From Blastocatellia bacterium (lineage in GTDB: Bacteria > Acidobacteriota > Blastocatellia > UBA7656), in NCBI GenBank assembly GCA_036505875.1, contig DASXSR010000288.1, forward strand, positions 1 through 63,384: 63,384 nt of DNA, written 5' to 3'. The position numbers and the translations under genes were made by a program. Below, in pieces: positions 1-8,386 of this stretch. Numbering within the stretch: position 1 is the first letter of the stretch; each line of letters begins with the position of its first letter. The notes under the pieces were generated by a model. It saw only the letters and a program-made list of their open reading frames with translations. It did no database searches and was not told the DNA's origin.

Positions 1-329
1 TCGACTGCGAGAGTGCCGATCACAACTCGCGAAACACCAAGCTCGATCACTGCTTTGACATCTTCGATGCTTCGAAGACCGCCGCCGAACTGCACTGGAA
101 CACCGATCGTCTGAATGATTCTGGTGAGAGCCTGTCGATTGCGTGAGTTGGGGTCCGAAAACGCGCCATCGAGATCAACTACGTGAAGCATCTGCGCTCC
201 CGCTTGTTCAAACCTCTTTGCAACGGCAACCGGTTCGCTGTCGTAGATGGTCGCTGCGTCCTTGCGCCCTTGCGTAAGCCGAACGCATTGGCCGTTGCGG
301 AGATCGATTGCGGGGATGATCAACATCAT
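1..329 (-). CDS. hisA: HisA (ProFAR isomerase). The N-terminal part is present; the C-terminus lies beyond the window edge.
   Basis: Reverse-strand translation from the ATG at 329 reads [30 protein letters not shown]..., a canonical HisA N-terminus. Its start makes an ATGA overlap with the hisIE stop (326-328). It is absent from the ORF track because it runs off the window. Confidence 0.85.
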   Translation of the reverse strand, partial: MMLIIPAIDLRNGQCVRLTQGRKDAATIYDSEPVAVAKRFEQAGAQMLHVVDLDGAFSDPNSRNRQALTRIIQTIGVPVQFGGGLRSIEDVKAVIELGVSRVVIGTLAV

Positions 330-967
330 TCGCCGCCTCGTTCGGATCTGCGAACCGTCAACTCGTCGCGTACTTCCTCCAGCGTCACTCCGCGTTCAAC
401 CAGAACAACGATCAGATGATAGAGAAGATCAGAAGTTTCCTTAACCAGCGCGCTCCGGTCCTCGTTCTTTGCGGCGATGATCGTCTCGCTCGACTCCTCA
501 CCGAGTTTCTTGAGAATCTTGTCCAGCCCCTGATCAAACAAATAAGTTGTGTAAGAACCTGCGGGTCTCTGCTGCTTTCGCGATTCGACGATGGCATACA
601 AGCTATCGAGCACCTCACCAAGGTTGGAGTCCGGAAGGGAATTCTCTTCAATCTCACGATCAAAGCATGAGGTCTTGCCGGTGTGACAAGCCGGACCTTC
701 AGGCTCAACCGTCAACAGAATAGTGTCGCTATCGCAGTCCAGACGCGCTTCAATCACCCGCTGCGTGTTCCCTGATGTCTCGCCCTTGTGCCACAAGCTC
801 GAACGAGATCGAGACCAGAACCAGGTTTCTTGTGTCTCAAGCGTTCGGCGCAGGCTCTCGGCATTCATGTAAGCGACCATCAGCACCTGCCGCGTCCGAG
901 CGTCCTGCACAATTGCCGGAACAAGTCCGCGCTCGTCGAATTTCACGTCTTCAACTTTGATATTCAT
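326..967 (-). CDS. hisI: Bifunctional phosphoribosyl-AMP cyclohydrolase / phosphoribosyl-ATP pyrophosphatase (HisIE)
   Basis: 213-aa ORF. The HisI region reads LVPAIVQD...[23 protein letters not shown]...GPACHTG. The C-terminal HisE-like helical part reads [17 protein letters not shown]. It lies within the his operon. Confidence 0.92.
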   Translation of the reverse strand: MNIKVEDVKFDERGLVPAIVQDARTRQVLMVAYMNAESLRRTLETQETWFWSRSRSSLWHKGETSGNTQRVIEARLDCDSDTILLTVEPEGPACHTGKTSCFDREIEENSLPDSNLGEVLDSLYAIVESRKQQRPAGSYTTYLFDQGLDKILKKLGEESSETIIAAKNEDRSALVKETSDLLYHLIVVLVERGVTLEEVRDELTVRRSERGGE

Positions 968-1731
968 CTCACAACGACCCCACGCCCTCGCAGATAGTCC
1001 TTCACCTCGGTGATCTTGTATTCCCCGTAATGAAACAACGACGCCGCCAGCACCGCGCTTGCTCCGCCTTCGGTCAGCGCTTCGTAGAAGTGTTCTAGCT
1101 TTCCGGCGCCGCCCGACGCGATGACAGGTATGCGCACCGCCGAGCTGATAGCGCGCGTAAGCTCCAGATCGTATCCGTCTCGCGTGCCGTCGCGGTCCAT
1201 GCTGGTCAACAGGATCTCGCCCGCGCCAAGCCGTTCAGCCTCGCTCGCCCACTCGACCGCATCAAGCCTGGTGTTCCGACGCCCTCCGTGTGTGAAGACT
1301 TCCCAGCCCTTGCTGGCGCGAGCCGGTTCTCTTCGGCGGGCGTCGATCGCCAATACAATACACTGACTCCCAAATGTTTCCGCGCCTTTGCTAATCAATA
1401 CCGGTCGGTTTACTGCGGCTGTGTTCACGGAGACTTTGTCAGCGCCCGCTCGCAAGACCGCGCGAATGTCTTCGATCGAGCCGAGGCCGCCGCCGACCGT
1501 TAAGGGTATGAAGACCTCATCGGCTACGCGGCGCACGAGATCGATAATGATCGCGCGGTTGTCGGATGACGCGGTGATGTCGAGGAACGTCAACTCATCC
1601 GCACCTTCCGCGTCGTAAGCGCGCGCTTGCTCGACCGGATCGCCCGCATCGCTGAGCGAGACGAAGCGGACTCCCTTGACAACCCGACCGCGGTCGATGT
1701 CCAAACATGGAATGATTCGTTTGGCTAACAT
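964..1731 (-). CDS. hisF: Imidazole glycerol phosphate synthase, cyclase subunit HisF
   Basis: 255-aa ORF starting [18 protein letters not shown], with later [13 protein letters not shown] and [17 protein letters not shown]. It overlaps hisIE by 4 nt. Confidence 0.95.
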   Translation of the reverse strand: MLAKRIIPCLDIDRGRVVKGVRFVSLSDAGDPVEQARAYDAEGADELTFLDITASSDNRAIIIDLVRRVADEVFIPLTVGGGLGSIEDIRAVLRAGADKVSVNTAAVNRPVLISKGAETFGSQCIVLAIDARRREPARASKGWEVFTHGGRRNTRLDAVEWASEAERLGAGEILLTSMDRDGTRDGYDLELTRAISSAVRIPVIASGGAGKLEHFYEALTEGGASAVLAASLFHYGEYKITEVKDYLRGRGVVVR

Positions 1732-1766
1732 GAAAAATACATTGCGCCACGAAGGCTCGAAGACGC

Positions 1767-2414
1767 CTAAGTGCCTTTATGCAGCTTCGTGTCTTGGTGA
1801 CTTTGTGGCGGAAACTCGGCGAAATTGCTAAGAAGCGTTAGCCCTGCCGCCTGGCTCTTCTCGGGATGAAACTGCACCCCGCAGATGTTCTCGTGCGCGA
1901 CCACTGAGACGTAATCTTTGCCGTAACCGGTCTCGCCGATCACATCTTCGGCCTCCGCGGCTTCGCAATAATAAGAATGAACGAAGTAGAAGAACGCGCG
2001 GTCCTCGATTCCACTCAGAAGCGGATGCGGCGATCTCACATGCACCTGATTCCAGCCGACTTGCGGCACGAGCAGATCATCATCGAACCTGCGAACTCTT
2101 CCACGCAGTAGTCCTAAGCCCTTGCTCGGGCCAAACTCATCGGATGACTCGAAAAGCATTTGCATTCCCACGCAGATTCCGAGGATCGGCGTGCCCTCTT
2201 CTGCTCGCTCGAGCACAAGCCGGTCGAAGCCGCGCGAAGAGAGGGCTTCCATGCAAGCTCGAAACGCGCCGACTCCCGGCAAGACCAACCGCTCGGCTTC
2301 GCGCAAGATTCGCTCGTCGGAGCTGATCGACGCGTTGTGCCCAGTGGCGAGGAATGCCTTCTCAACCGAGCGCAGGTTGCCAACTCCATAATCGATGATT
2401 GCGATGCGTGGCAT
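1767..2414 (-). CDS. hisH: Imidazole glycerol phosphate synthase, glutamine amidotransferase subunit HisH
   Basis: 215-aa ORF with [28 protein letters not shown] and FHPEKS, the class I GATase triad context. Confidence 0.93.
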   Translation of the reverse strand: MPRIAIIDYGVGNLRSVEKAFLATGHNASISSDERILREAERLVLPGVGAFRACMEALSSRGFDRLVLERAEEGTPILGICVGMQMLFESSDEFGPSKGLGLLRGRVRRFDDDLLVPQVGWNQVHVRSPHPLLSGIEDRAFFYFVHSYYCEAAEAEDVIGETGYGKDYVSVVAHENICGVQFHPEKSQAAGLTLLSNFAEFPPQSHQDTKLHKGT

Positions 2415-2417
2415 TTC

Positions 2418-3023
2418 TTACAGCTCTCCCTTTGTGCTCAGCACTCCCTGGATCCTCGGGTCGCGTTCGACAGCGTGCCGCATCGCGCGAGCCGTCGCTT
2501 TGAAGGTTGACTCGAGGATGTGATGAGTGTTCCGTCCGCGGATTAGATCGATGTGGAGATTGCAGCGCAGGCTTGTCGCAAACGAACGCCAGAAGTGCTC
2601 GGCCATCTCGACCGAAAAGTTTCCGATCTTCTGCCGTTTGGTCCTCACCTGGTACGCCAGGTAGAAGCGCCCGGACAAATCGACCGCGGCTCCGCACAGC
2701 GCCTCATCCATCGGAATGATCGCCGAGCCGTAGCGATTGACGCCGGACTTGTCTCCCAGGGCTTCCGAGAAAGCCTGGCCGAGACATATCGCTATGTCTT
2801 CGACCGAGTGATGATCGTCCACGTCCAGATCGCCGCGACATTTCAATTCGAGATCGAACAGACCGTGCTTCGCGAACAACTCGAGCATGTGATTGAGAAA
2901 CGGCATGCCGGTTTCGACCAGCGCGGCGCCCGTTCCATCGAGGCGTAGCGAAACGGTGACGTCGGTCTCTTTTGTCTTTCGTCGGCATTCCGCCGATCGT
3001 GTCCGTTTTGTTTTCATAACCAT
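2418..3023 (-). CDS. hisB: Imidazoleglycerol-phosphate dehydratase HisB (monofunctional)
   Basis: 201-aa ORF with RKTKETDV.V.L.LDG, DDHH.VED and HHI.ES.FKA motifs. There is no N-terminal phosphatase domain. Confidence 0.93.
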   Translation of the reverse strand: MVMKTKRTRSAECRRKTKETDVTVSLRLDGTGAALVETGMPFLNHMLELFAKHGLFDLELKCRGDLDVDDHHSVEDIAICLGQAFSEALGDKSGVNRYGSAIIPMDEALCGAAVDLSGRFYLAYQVRTKRQKIGNFSVEMAEHFWRSFATSLRCNLHIDLIRGRNTHHILESTFKATARAMRHAVERDPRIQGVLSTKGEL

Positions 3024-4120
3024 TTCACTTCTACGGAGTGACTCGCAGAACCCTCAAAGATTTCTCGCAGCTCCCAGACCAACAGCTCATTCTCCTCGGG
3101 TGTCCCCACGCCGACGCGAAAGTAGTCCTCAAGCATCGGGTAGCCGCTCACATCGCGAATCAGAATATCTCGTTTTAGAAGCTCATCGAAAACGAGTCTC
3201 GGCTTGATCGAAGACCGCACCAGGATGAAGTTTGCCCGCGTCGGCACCGGGGCGAGGCCGGGAATTGTGCGCAGCTGAGAATAAAGCCGATCGCGTTGGC
3301 CATTTATCCGCTCGACCAGCGGCTCAAGCTTTGAGCCATACATTTCCAGCGCCACCTCAGCCGCGGTCTGCGAGAAACGATTCAGGTTGTAAGGCAACAA
3401 CGCTTTCGAGATCTCTTGCGCCAGCGCCGGCGACGTTAAGAGATATCCCACGCGCAACGCGGCCATCGCCATTGCCTTTGAAAACGTACGCAGCACCACT
3501 AGATTCTGATGATGCTTCAGGAGCGTGACCGCGGTTTCGCCCGCGAACTCGTGATAAGCTTCATCCACGACAACCAGACCATCCGACACCCCAAGAATCG
3601 ATGCCAGGTCGCGCTCGTCCATCGCGCAGCCGGTCGGATTGTTGGGTGAACAGATGATGGTCACATCCGGCCTGAGCGATTGGATCGCATCCGTCAGCGC
3701 TCTCACGTCGTAGTTCAATTCTGCGGTCAGAGGCACGCTGATCACTTCACCGCCAAGCACGGTTGCAACCTGTCGATACAGAGTGAAAGTCGGCTCGCTT
3801 ATCAAAACGCGCTTTCCTTCCGTCACGATAACCATCAGCACTGCTTGAATCAGTTCGTTGGACCCGTTCCCGACGAGAATTCCGTCCGAAGGCCAGCCGC
3901 TGAACTCACTCAGCCGTTCGATCAGACTCGCAGGCACGAATTCCGGATAACGTGACCATTCGCGCTCTTCAATGCGTCTGAGTGTCTCCGCCTTGATTTC
4001 GGCGGGAATGTCCCACGGGTTCTCGTTCTGGTTGAGCTTGACGCGGGCGGGCTCGAAGCGCAGCGAGTAGGCTCGCAGTTTGCGCACCTGAGATTTTATG
4101 TTGTCCAGCGCATCCCGCAT
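3014..4120 (-). CDS. hisC: Histidinol-phosphate aminotransferase HisC
   Basis: 368-aa ORF with LNQNENP, SPNNPTG and TFSKA (PLP lysine context). It lies within the his operon. Confidence 0.92.
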   Translation of the reverse strand: MRDALDNIKSQVRKLRAYSLRFEPARVKLNQNENPWDIPAEIKAETLRRIEEREWSRYPEFVPASLIERLSEFSGWPSDGILVGNGSNELIQAVLMVIVTEGKRVLISEPTFTLYRQVATVLGGEVISVPLTAELNYDVRALTDAIQSLRPDVTIICSPNNPTGCAMDERDLASILGVSDGLVVVDEAYHEFAGETAVTLLKHHQNLVVLRTFSKAMAMAALRVGYLLTSPALAQEISKALLPYNLNRFSQTAAEVALEMYGSKLEPLVERINGQRDRLYSQLRTIPGLAPVPTRANFILVRSSIKPRLVFDELLKRDILIRDVSGYPMLEDYFRVGVGTPEENELLVWELREIFEGSASHSVEVKWL

Positions 4121-4122
4121 TA

Positions 4123-5421
4123 TCAGTCCTCCTCCAGCCGAATCAGAGCCGAGTGCGCGTGCGCGTCCAAACCTTCGGCGTTTGCCAATGCCGCGATCAA
4201 CGGGGCCGTTCGATCAAGCTCGGCAGCCGTGAACTTCAAGATGCTCGTCCGCTTCAGAAAATCATTCACGCTCAGCGCCGATGAGAATCGCGCGGCGCCT
4301 GCGGTTGGCAAGACGTGATTTGGTCCGGCCAGGTAATCGCCGGCTGCAACCGGAGTGTGTGAACCAAAGAAGATCGCGCCTGCGTTGTAGATTCGCGAGG
4401 CGACCGCCTCTTCGTCGCGCGCGATTATCTCCAGATGCTCAGGGGCAAGGTCGCTCGCCAGTGCGCACGCCTCTTCCATTTGATCAACGACGATGATCGC
4501 TCCGTAGTTTTCAAGCGATGTGGTGAAAACATCGCTGCGTTGCAGCTTGCGAGCCTGCTTCGCAACCTCGACGGCGACTTCACGAGCAAGCGTTTCACTA
4601 GTAGTAATCAAAATTGCCGAAGCGTCGTCGCCGTGCTCAGCTTGTGCAAGCAGATCACTAGCTACAAATGACGCGCGAGCGTTGTCGTCCGCGACGACAA
4701 CGACTTCGCTGGGCCCGGCGATCGAATCAATGCCCACCACGCCAAATACCAGCTTCTTTGCCGCCGCAACGTAGCGGTTTCCTGGTCCAGTGATCTTATC
4801 TACGCGAGGAACAGTCTCCGTGCCGAACGCTAACGCGGCGATTGCTTGCGCCCCGCCAATGGCGTAGGCCTCAGTGACGCCGAGTTCGACAACGGCCGCT
4901 GCCACCGCTGGACTCTCTTGAAGCGTCTGCGGAGGGGTAGCTATCACAATGCGGTCGACGCCCGCGACTTGTGCAGGCACGACGTTCATCACAACCGACG
5001 ACGGATAGCTCGCGAGCCCCCCAGGCACATACAACCCCGCCCGTTGGACGGGCGTCAGTCGCTGGCCCAACCGCACGCCGCTTTCGGTTTCGACTTCCCA
5101 CGAATCCTGACGCTCTGATTCGTGAAAAGCCCGCACCCTGCGAATTGCCTCGCGCAGGGCCTCCAGCACCTGGCCATCGACTCGCGCTGCCGAACGTTGC
5201 AATGTCTCCTCGCTCACGCGAAGCTCAGCGGCGCTCATTACACAACCGTCAAACCGCGCGCTGTATTCGATGAGCGCGGCGTCACCCCGGTCTCGCACGT
5301 CCTGGATGATTGAGCCGACCCGGTTCATGAGATCAGCATCCAGCGCAACGCTTCGTTCGCGGATGCGCGCCAGCTTTGCACCCAGTCGCTCGGTTTCTCG
5401 GCTGTGAATGATCTCAATCAT
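4123..5421 (-). CDS. hisD: Histidinol dehydrogenase HisD
   Basis: 432-aa ORF with YVPGG.A.YPSSV.M, GPGN.YV..AK and AQAEHD-like AQAEHGDD motifs. Confidence 0.94.
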   Translation of the reverse strand: MIEIIHSRETERLGAKLARIRERSVALDADLMNRVGSIIQDVRDRGDAALIEYSARFDGCVMSAAELRVSEETLQRSAARVDGQVLEALREAIRRVRAFHESERQDSWEVETESGVRLGQRLTPVQRAGLYVPGGLASYPSSVVMNVVPAQVAGVDRIVIATPPQTLQESPAVAAAVVELGVTEAYAIGGAQAIAALAFGTETVPRVDKITGPGNRYVAAAKKLVFGVVGIDSIAGPSEVVVVADDNARASFVASDLLAQAEHGDDASAILITTSETLAREVAVEVAKQARKLQRSDVFTTSLENYGAIIVVDQMEEACALASDLAPEHLEIIARDEEAVASRIYNAGAIFFGSHTPVAAGDYLAGPNHVLPTAGAARFSSALSVNDFLKRTSILKFTAAELDRTAPLIAALANAEGLDAHAHSALIRLEED

Positions 5422-5440
5422 ATGACTTTTCTTTCAGCGG

Positions 5441-5533
5441 AGTTTCGTAGTACCGCATTTATGCGGAAGTTTGTTGGCGTAATATTCTCGTCTCAACCCT
5501 ACGAACTTCCGCATAAATGCGGTACTACGAACC
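5441..5533. repeat. Long inverted repeat with a nested palindrome, lying between hisG and hisD
   Basis: Arms TTCGTAGTACCGCATTTATGCGGAAGTT (5443-5470) and AACTTCCGCATAAATGCGGTACTACGAA (about 5503-5530) are perfectly complementary over 28 bp, separated by a ~30-nt loop. Each arm carries its own palindrome, CCGCAT-TT-ATGCGG. The right arm overlaps the hisG stop codon. Confidence 0.9.
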
Positions 5534-6145
5534 TTTCAGAGAATTGATCAGCTCGCCGATAGCAGCCGCCTTCAGTTGGTAGCTTGCGCGGTTGACGATC
5601 AGACGCGCGGTTGATTCGGTGATAACTTCGAGCATCGCGAGTCCATTCTCACTGAGGGTCCTGCCGGTTTCCACCAGGTCAACGATGCAGTCGGCGAGTC
5701 CCAGAAGCGGCGCAAGCTCGACTGATCCGGACAGCTCGATCAGCTCGACCGGGATACCGCGAGCGCCAAAATGCTCGGCGGCGATTCGCGGATACTTTGT
5801 AGCTACCCTAACCACGCCCAGCCCATCCAGTGAGATGCCCGCCCGCGCGGCTACCGCGACGCGACAGCGGCCTATCTCGAGGGCGAGCGGCTGCAATACG
5901 TCGGCCTCGCTTTCGAGCAGCACGTCACGGCCTACTATTCCGCAATCTGCAATCCCATGCTCTACATACACCGGCACGTCCGACGGTTTAACGGGGATGA
6001 ACCGGCAACAGCCCGCCTCGTCTTCGAGAATCAGACGCCGCGACGAGAGCGCATCGCTCGACACTCGAAGCCCTGCGTGGGCAAGCAGCTCGAACGCTTC
6101 AGCCTGCAATCTTCCCTTAGCGATTGCGATCGTGAGGTCTGTCAA
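5525..6145 (-). CDS. hisG: ATP phosphoribosyltransferase, short form HisG. A TTG start at 6145 is preferred; the ORF is open up to 6238.
   Basis: The ORF contains LTIAIAKGRL, IPVKPSDVPVYVE.G.AD.GIVG.D and VATKYP. GAGGAG lies about 8 nt upstream of the TTG at 6145. The short length and the adjacent hisZ fit the HisG(S)/HisZ system. Confidence 0.85.
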   Translation of the reverse strand: MTDLTIAIAKGRLQAEAFELLAHAGLRVSSDALSSRRLILEDEAGCCRFIPVKPSDVPVYVEHGIADCGIVGRDVLLESEADVLQPLALEIGRCRVAVAARAGISLDGLGVVRVATKYPRIAAEHFGARGIPVELIELSGSVELAPLLGLADCIVDLVETGRTLSENGLAMLEVITESTARLIVNRASYQLKAAAIGELINSLKGS

Positions 6146-6228
6146 CTTTTCATCTCCTCGTCCGGATTGGCCGCCCCTGTCAGCATTGGAACTCGCTCCA
6201 TAATTGAACGGCGGGCACAGGGGCCGCC

Positions 6229-7344
6229 CTACAGGCACACTCGAATCCGCGCATCCTCAGCGCGGCGATTCATTGCCTCTTGAAAGAGCAGCGCAGGGTC
6301 GTCGTTCGAGAGTCGGGACGCTTCCCGTTGCGGCGCGCGAGTCGAGCCTAGGTCTCGTTTGCGCGCCACCAGCAAATCCGCCAGCGCTTCAAGATCAAGT
6401 ACAAAGCCTATCGCCGGCTCAGCCTTGCCGAACTTTGCAGTCAGGGCATCATACCGACCGCCGCTGCCGATCCTCGCGCCGGCCCCGGCAACATAGACTT
6501 TGAAAGTCAGACCGGTGTAATAGTCGAGCCTGGAAACGTCTCCAAGATCGATCTCAAAATGATCGGCGAGACCAAGCGACTCTATAACGCGCCACAAGCT
6601 TTCAAGATGATCCAAACCGTTGACCGAGCGCGGATTTGTAATAACTCTACGAGCTTTGTCCAGCGTGTCGCGTTTTCCGGCGAGTTGCGTCAACCGCACG
6701 AAGGCGCGGCGGTCACCGGCGGAAGCGTGAGGAGTCAGAAAGCGTTCGAGTTCCACGGCGTCGCGAGCATCGATCAGCTGCCGCATTTCATCTCGAGCTG
6801 ACGCATCGAGTGCGAGATTCGCCGCAACGCCGTTAAAGATCTCGACGTCGTTGAGCGTGATCACAAAGTCTTGGCCGAGACCCAGACGATCGAGGATCTC
6901 CGAAGCAATTACCAATAACTCGACGTCTGCCGCGAGCGAGTTTGCGCCGGTAAGCTCGCAGCCGATCTGTGTCAACTCTCTACGCCATTCCGCGCGCGTT
7001 CGCGGCTGTTGGCGGAACACCGACGCAGCGTAGCATAGACGCAAGGGCCTTTCGCTGGACGCAAACAGCGTTGCCGCCGCGCGCGCCACTGCCGAGGTGA
7101 CGTCGGGCCTCAAAGCCAGGAGCCGCCCGTCTGTGTCGGTGAACCTGAACGCGTGATGAGATTCCGAGTGGCCCATCGCTCGATCAAACAACGAATAGTA
7201 GTCCACTGTCGGCGTCGCGATCTCTTCGTAGGACCAGCCGTCAAGCACCGACATCGCGGTGTCTTCGATGCTGCGTCTCAGCCGTGCTTCGCGCCCGAAG
7301 TAATAACGAAGGCCGCCGGGAATTTGAGAGAGTGCCTCGGACAT
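6229..7344 (-). CDS. hisZ: ATP phosphoribosyltransferase regulatory subunit HisZ (HisRS paralogue). The ATG at 7344 is preferred; an alternative TTG lies at 7362.
   Basis: The ORF shows class II aaRS-like motifs (P.G.RYYF, LR.D.T..VAR, FR.E.PQ-like, GGRYD.L) but has no anticodon-binding domain. It is the first gene of the his operon. Confidence 0.85.
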   Translation of the reverse strand: MSEALSQIPGGLRYYFGREARLRRSIEDTAMSVLDGWSYEEIATPTVDYYSLFDRAMGHSESHHAFRFTDTDGRLLALRPDVTSAVARAAATLFASSERPLRLCYAASVFRQQPRTRAEWRRELTQIGCELTGANSLAADVELLVIASEILDRLGLGQDFVITLNDVEIFNGVAANLALDASARDEMRQLIDARDAVELERFLTPHASAGDRRAFVRLTQLAGKRDTLDKARRVITNPRSVNGLDHLESLWRVIESLGLADHFEIDLGDVSRLDYYTGLTFKVYVAGAGARIGSGGRYDALTAKFGKAEPAIGFVLDLEALADLLVARKRDLGSTRAPQREASRLSNDDPALLFQEAMNRRAEDARIRVCL

Positions 7345-7360
7345 AAAACTCCGATCTGTC

Positions 7361-7404
7361 AAAACGAAAACCCGCTGTCTGCGTTCGCGCTGGACAGCGG
7401 GTTT
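7361..7404 (-). terminator. Intrinsic terminator (attenuator) between the His leader ORF and hisZ
   Basis: The minus-strand RNA reads AAACCCGCUGUC-(13-nt loop)-GACAGCGGGUUU followed by UCGUUUUG. The 12-bp stem uses 7393-7404 and 7368-7379. It ends about 16 nt before the hisZ ATG. Confidence 0.75.
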
Positions 7405-7428
7405 CTGGTTTCCAGTTGTGACTTTGCT

Positions 7429-7530
7429 TTACTCTTCGCGCATGCGCATCACAACCGCCAACACGCTGTCAGGATGCCAATGGTGATTGGCATGATGGTG
7501 ATGGGTATGATGGCTCTTGTTCATTGTCAT
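7429..7530 (-). CDS. His-rich leader peptide (33 aa) of the his operon
   Basis: The minus-strand ORF reads ATG ACA ATG AAC AAG AGC CAT CAT ACC CAT CAC CAT CAT GCC AAT CAC CAT TGG CAT ... TAA, which translates to MTMNKSHHTHHHHANHHWHPDSVLAVVMRMREE. Nine of 13 consecutive codons are His. It sits immediately upstream of the terminator and hisZ and is too short for the ORF track. Confidence 0.7.
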   Translation of the reverse strand: MTMNKSHHTHHHHANHHWHPDSVLAVVMRMREE

Positions 7531-7614
7531 TCTTAATCGAAAAGAATTTTTACCTGACCGGCTGTGCTGCTGTCAACTGATTGCTGCCTTTTCGCATTGG
7601 TTACGTCAAACGCG

Positions 7615-8280
7615 TCAACCAGCGAATATCTGAGCGGGAGTGATTGTCAGGAACTCGAGCCGGGGAGCGGGCAGCTTGCGACGTCCTTTGTACTGCGCTC
7701 GGCGAGTGTATTTCCCATCCTCCGGCGCAGTGTGTACCCAGACGCTTTGGTCACGCCGGTCTACCACCCAGTAAGCGGGGATCTCCAGAGTAGCATAAAT
7801 GTCGGGCTTGTCGATCAAATCGCGATCAATCGCGCTGCGGCTGGAGACCGAGAGCACTTCGACCACCAGCAACGCCGGCGGACGGCGATTGGTCCTCTTG
7901 TAGTCACGGTAACAGACCGAGGCATCGGGGCAAACGTGGTCGGGACCCTCGACTCCGGCTTCAACCCACATTATTTTGAGTTCTTTTGGCACGGCGTACC
8001 ACGCATTGGAACCCACAACGCGACAACCGAGTTTCTCAATCTCGCTCACCTGCTTCGCTAGCAGATGCTCGATATTTATTGTTTGCTCGATATGAACATC
8101 ATCAGGTGGCGGGCTCATAATGATCTCTCCATTGATTAGCTCCAACTGATCATCTGGGAATAGATTCACCATTTCCTCAAACTCTTCAAGCGTGAAGCGG
8201 CGAACCAGTGGCCCGGCAAACAGATCCCTCTCGCGTGATGTTTCTTTCGGCCGAGCAGCCTCTTTCGGCAGTGCTGCCAT
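7615..8280 (-). CDS. Uma2-family (DUF820) putative restriction-like endonuclease
   Basis: 221-aa ORF. Residues ELINGEIIMSPPP, CPDASVC, LVVEVLS.S and the Y.. .IPAYWVVD pattern are typical of the Uma2 family. Confidence 0.7.
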   Translation of the reverse strand: MAALPKEAARPKETSRERDLFAGPLVRRFTLEEFEEMVNLFPDDQLELINGEIIMSPPPDDVHIEQTINIEHLLAKQVSEIEKLGCRVVGSNAWYAVPKELKIMWVEAGVEGPDHVCPDASVCYRDYKRTNRRPPALLVVEVLSVSSRSAIDRDLIDKPDIYATLEIPAYWVVDRRDQSVWVHTAPEDGKYTRRAQYKGRRKLPAPRLEFLTITPAQIFAG

Positions 8281-8386
8281 AAGTCACCTCCGTCGGACGA
8301 ATTATACGCCTTCCCGCTTTGGCAGGGTAAACTTCCCCCGGGCCGATTACTGGTCGGGGATGCGCAGGTCGCGGTTCAATCCCAAC

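Noticed and set aside
5592-6203. Long antisense ORFs inside hisG (5592-6203) and pirin (11810-12646), and similar cases elsewhere
   Set aside because: These are the high-GC antisense open frames expected by chance. Their products are Ser/Arg/Ala/Pro-rich, and the opposite-strand genes have unambiguous family motifs.
7153-7536. Plus-strand 127-aa ORF with a His/Met-rich tail (...HAHHNRQHAVRMPMVIGMMVMGMMALVHCHS)
   Set aside because: It overlaps the hisZ 5' end in antisense. Its odd composition is the mirror image of the minus-strand His-codon run (ATG/GTG = CAT/CAC reversed). The minus-strand leader ORF plus terminator explains the region better.
7615-8280. Uma2 endonuclease, PIN/RHH pair and retropepsin-like gene as evidence for a prophage, integrative element or defence island
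   Set aside because: The window has no integrase, transposase, phage structural genes, flanking direct repeats or tRNA target. The genes are scattered singly among housekeeping genes.
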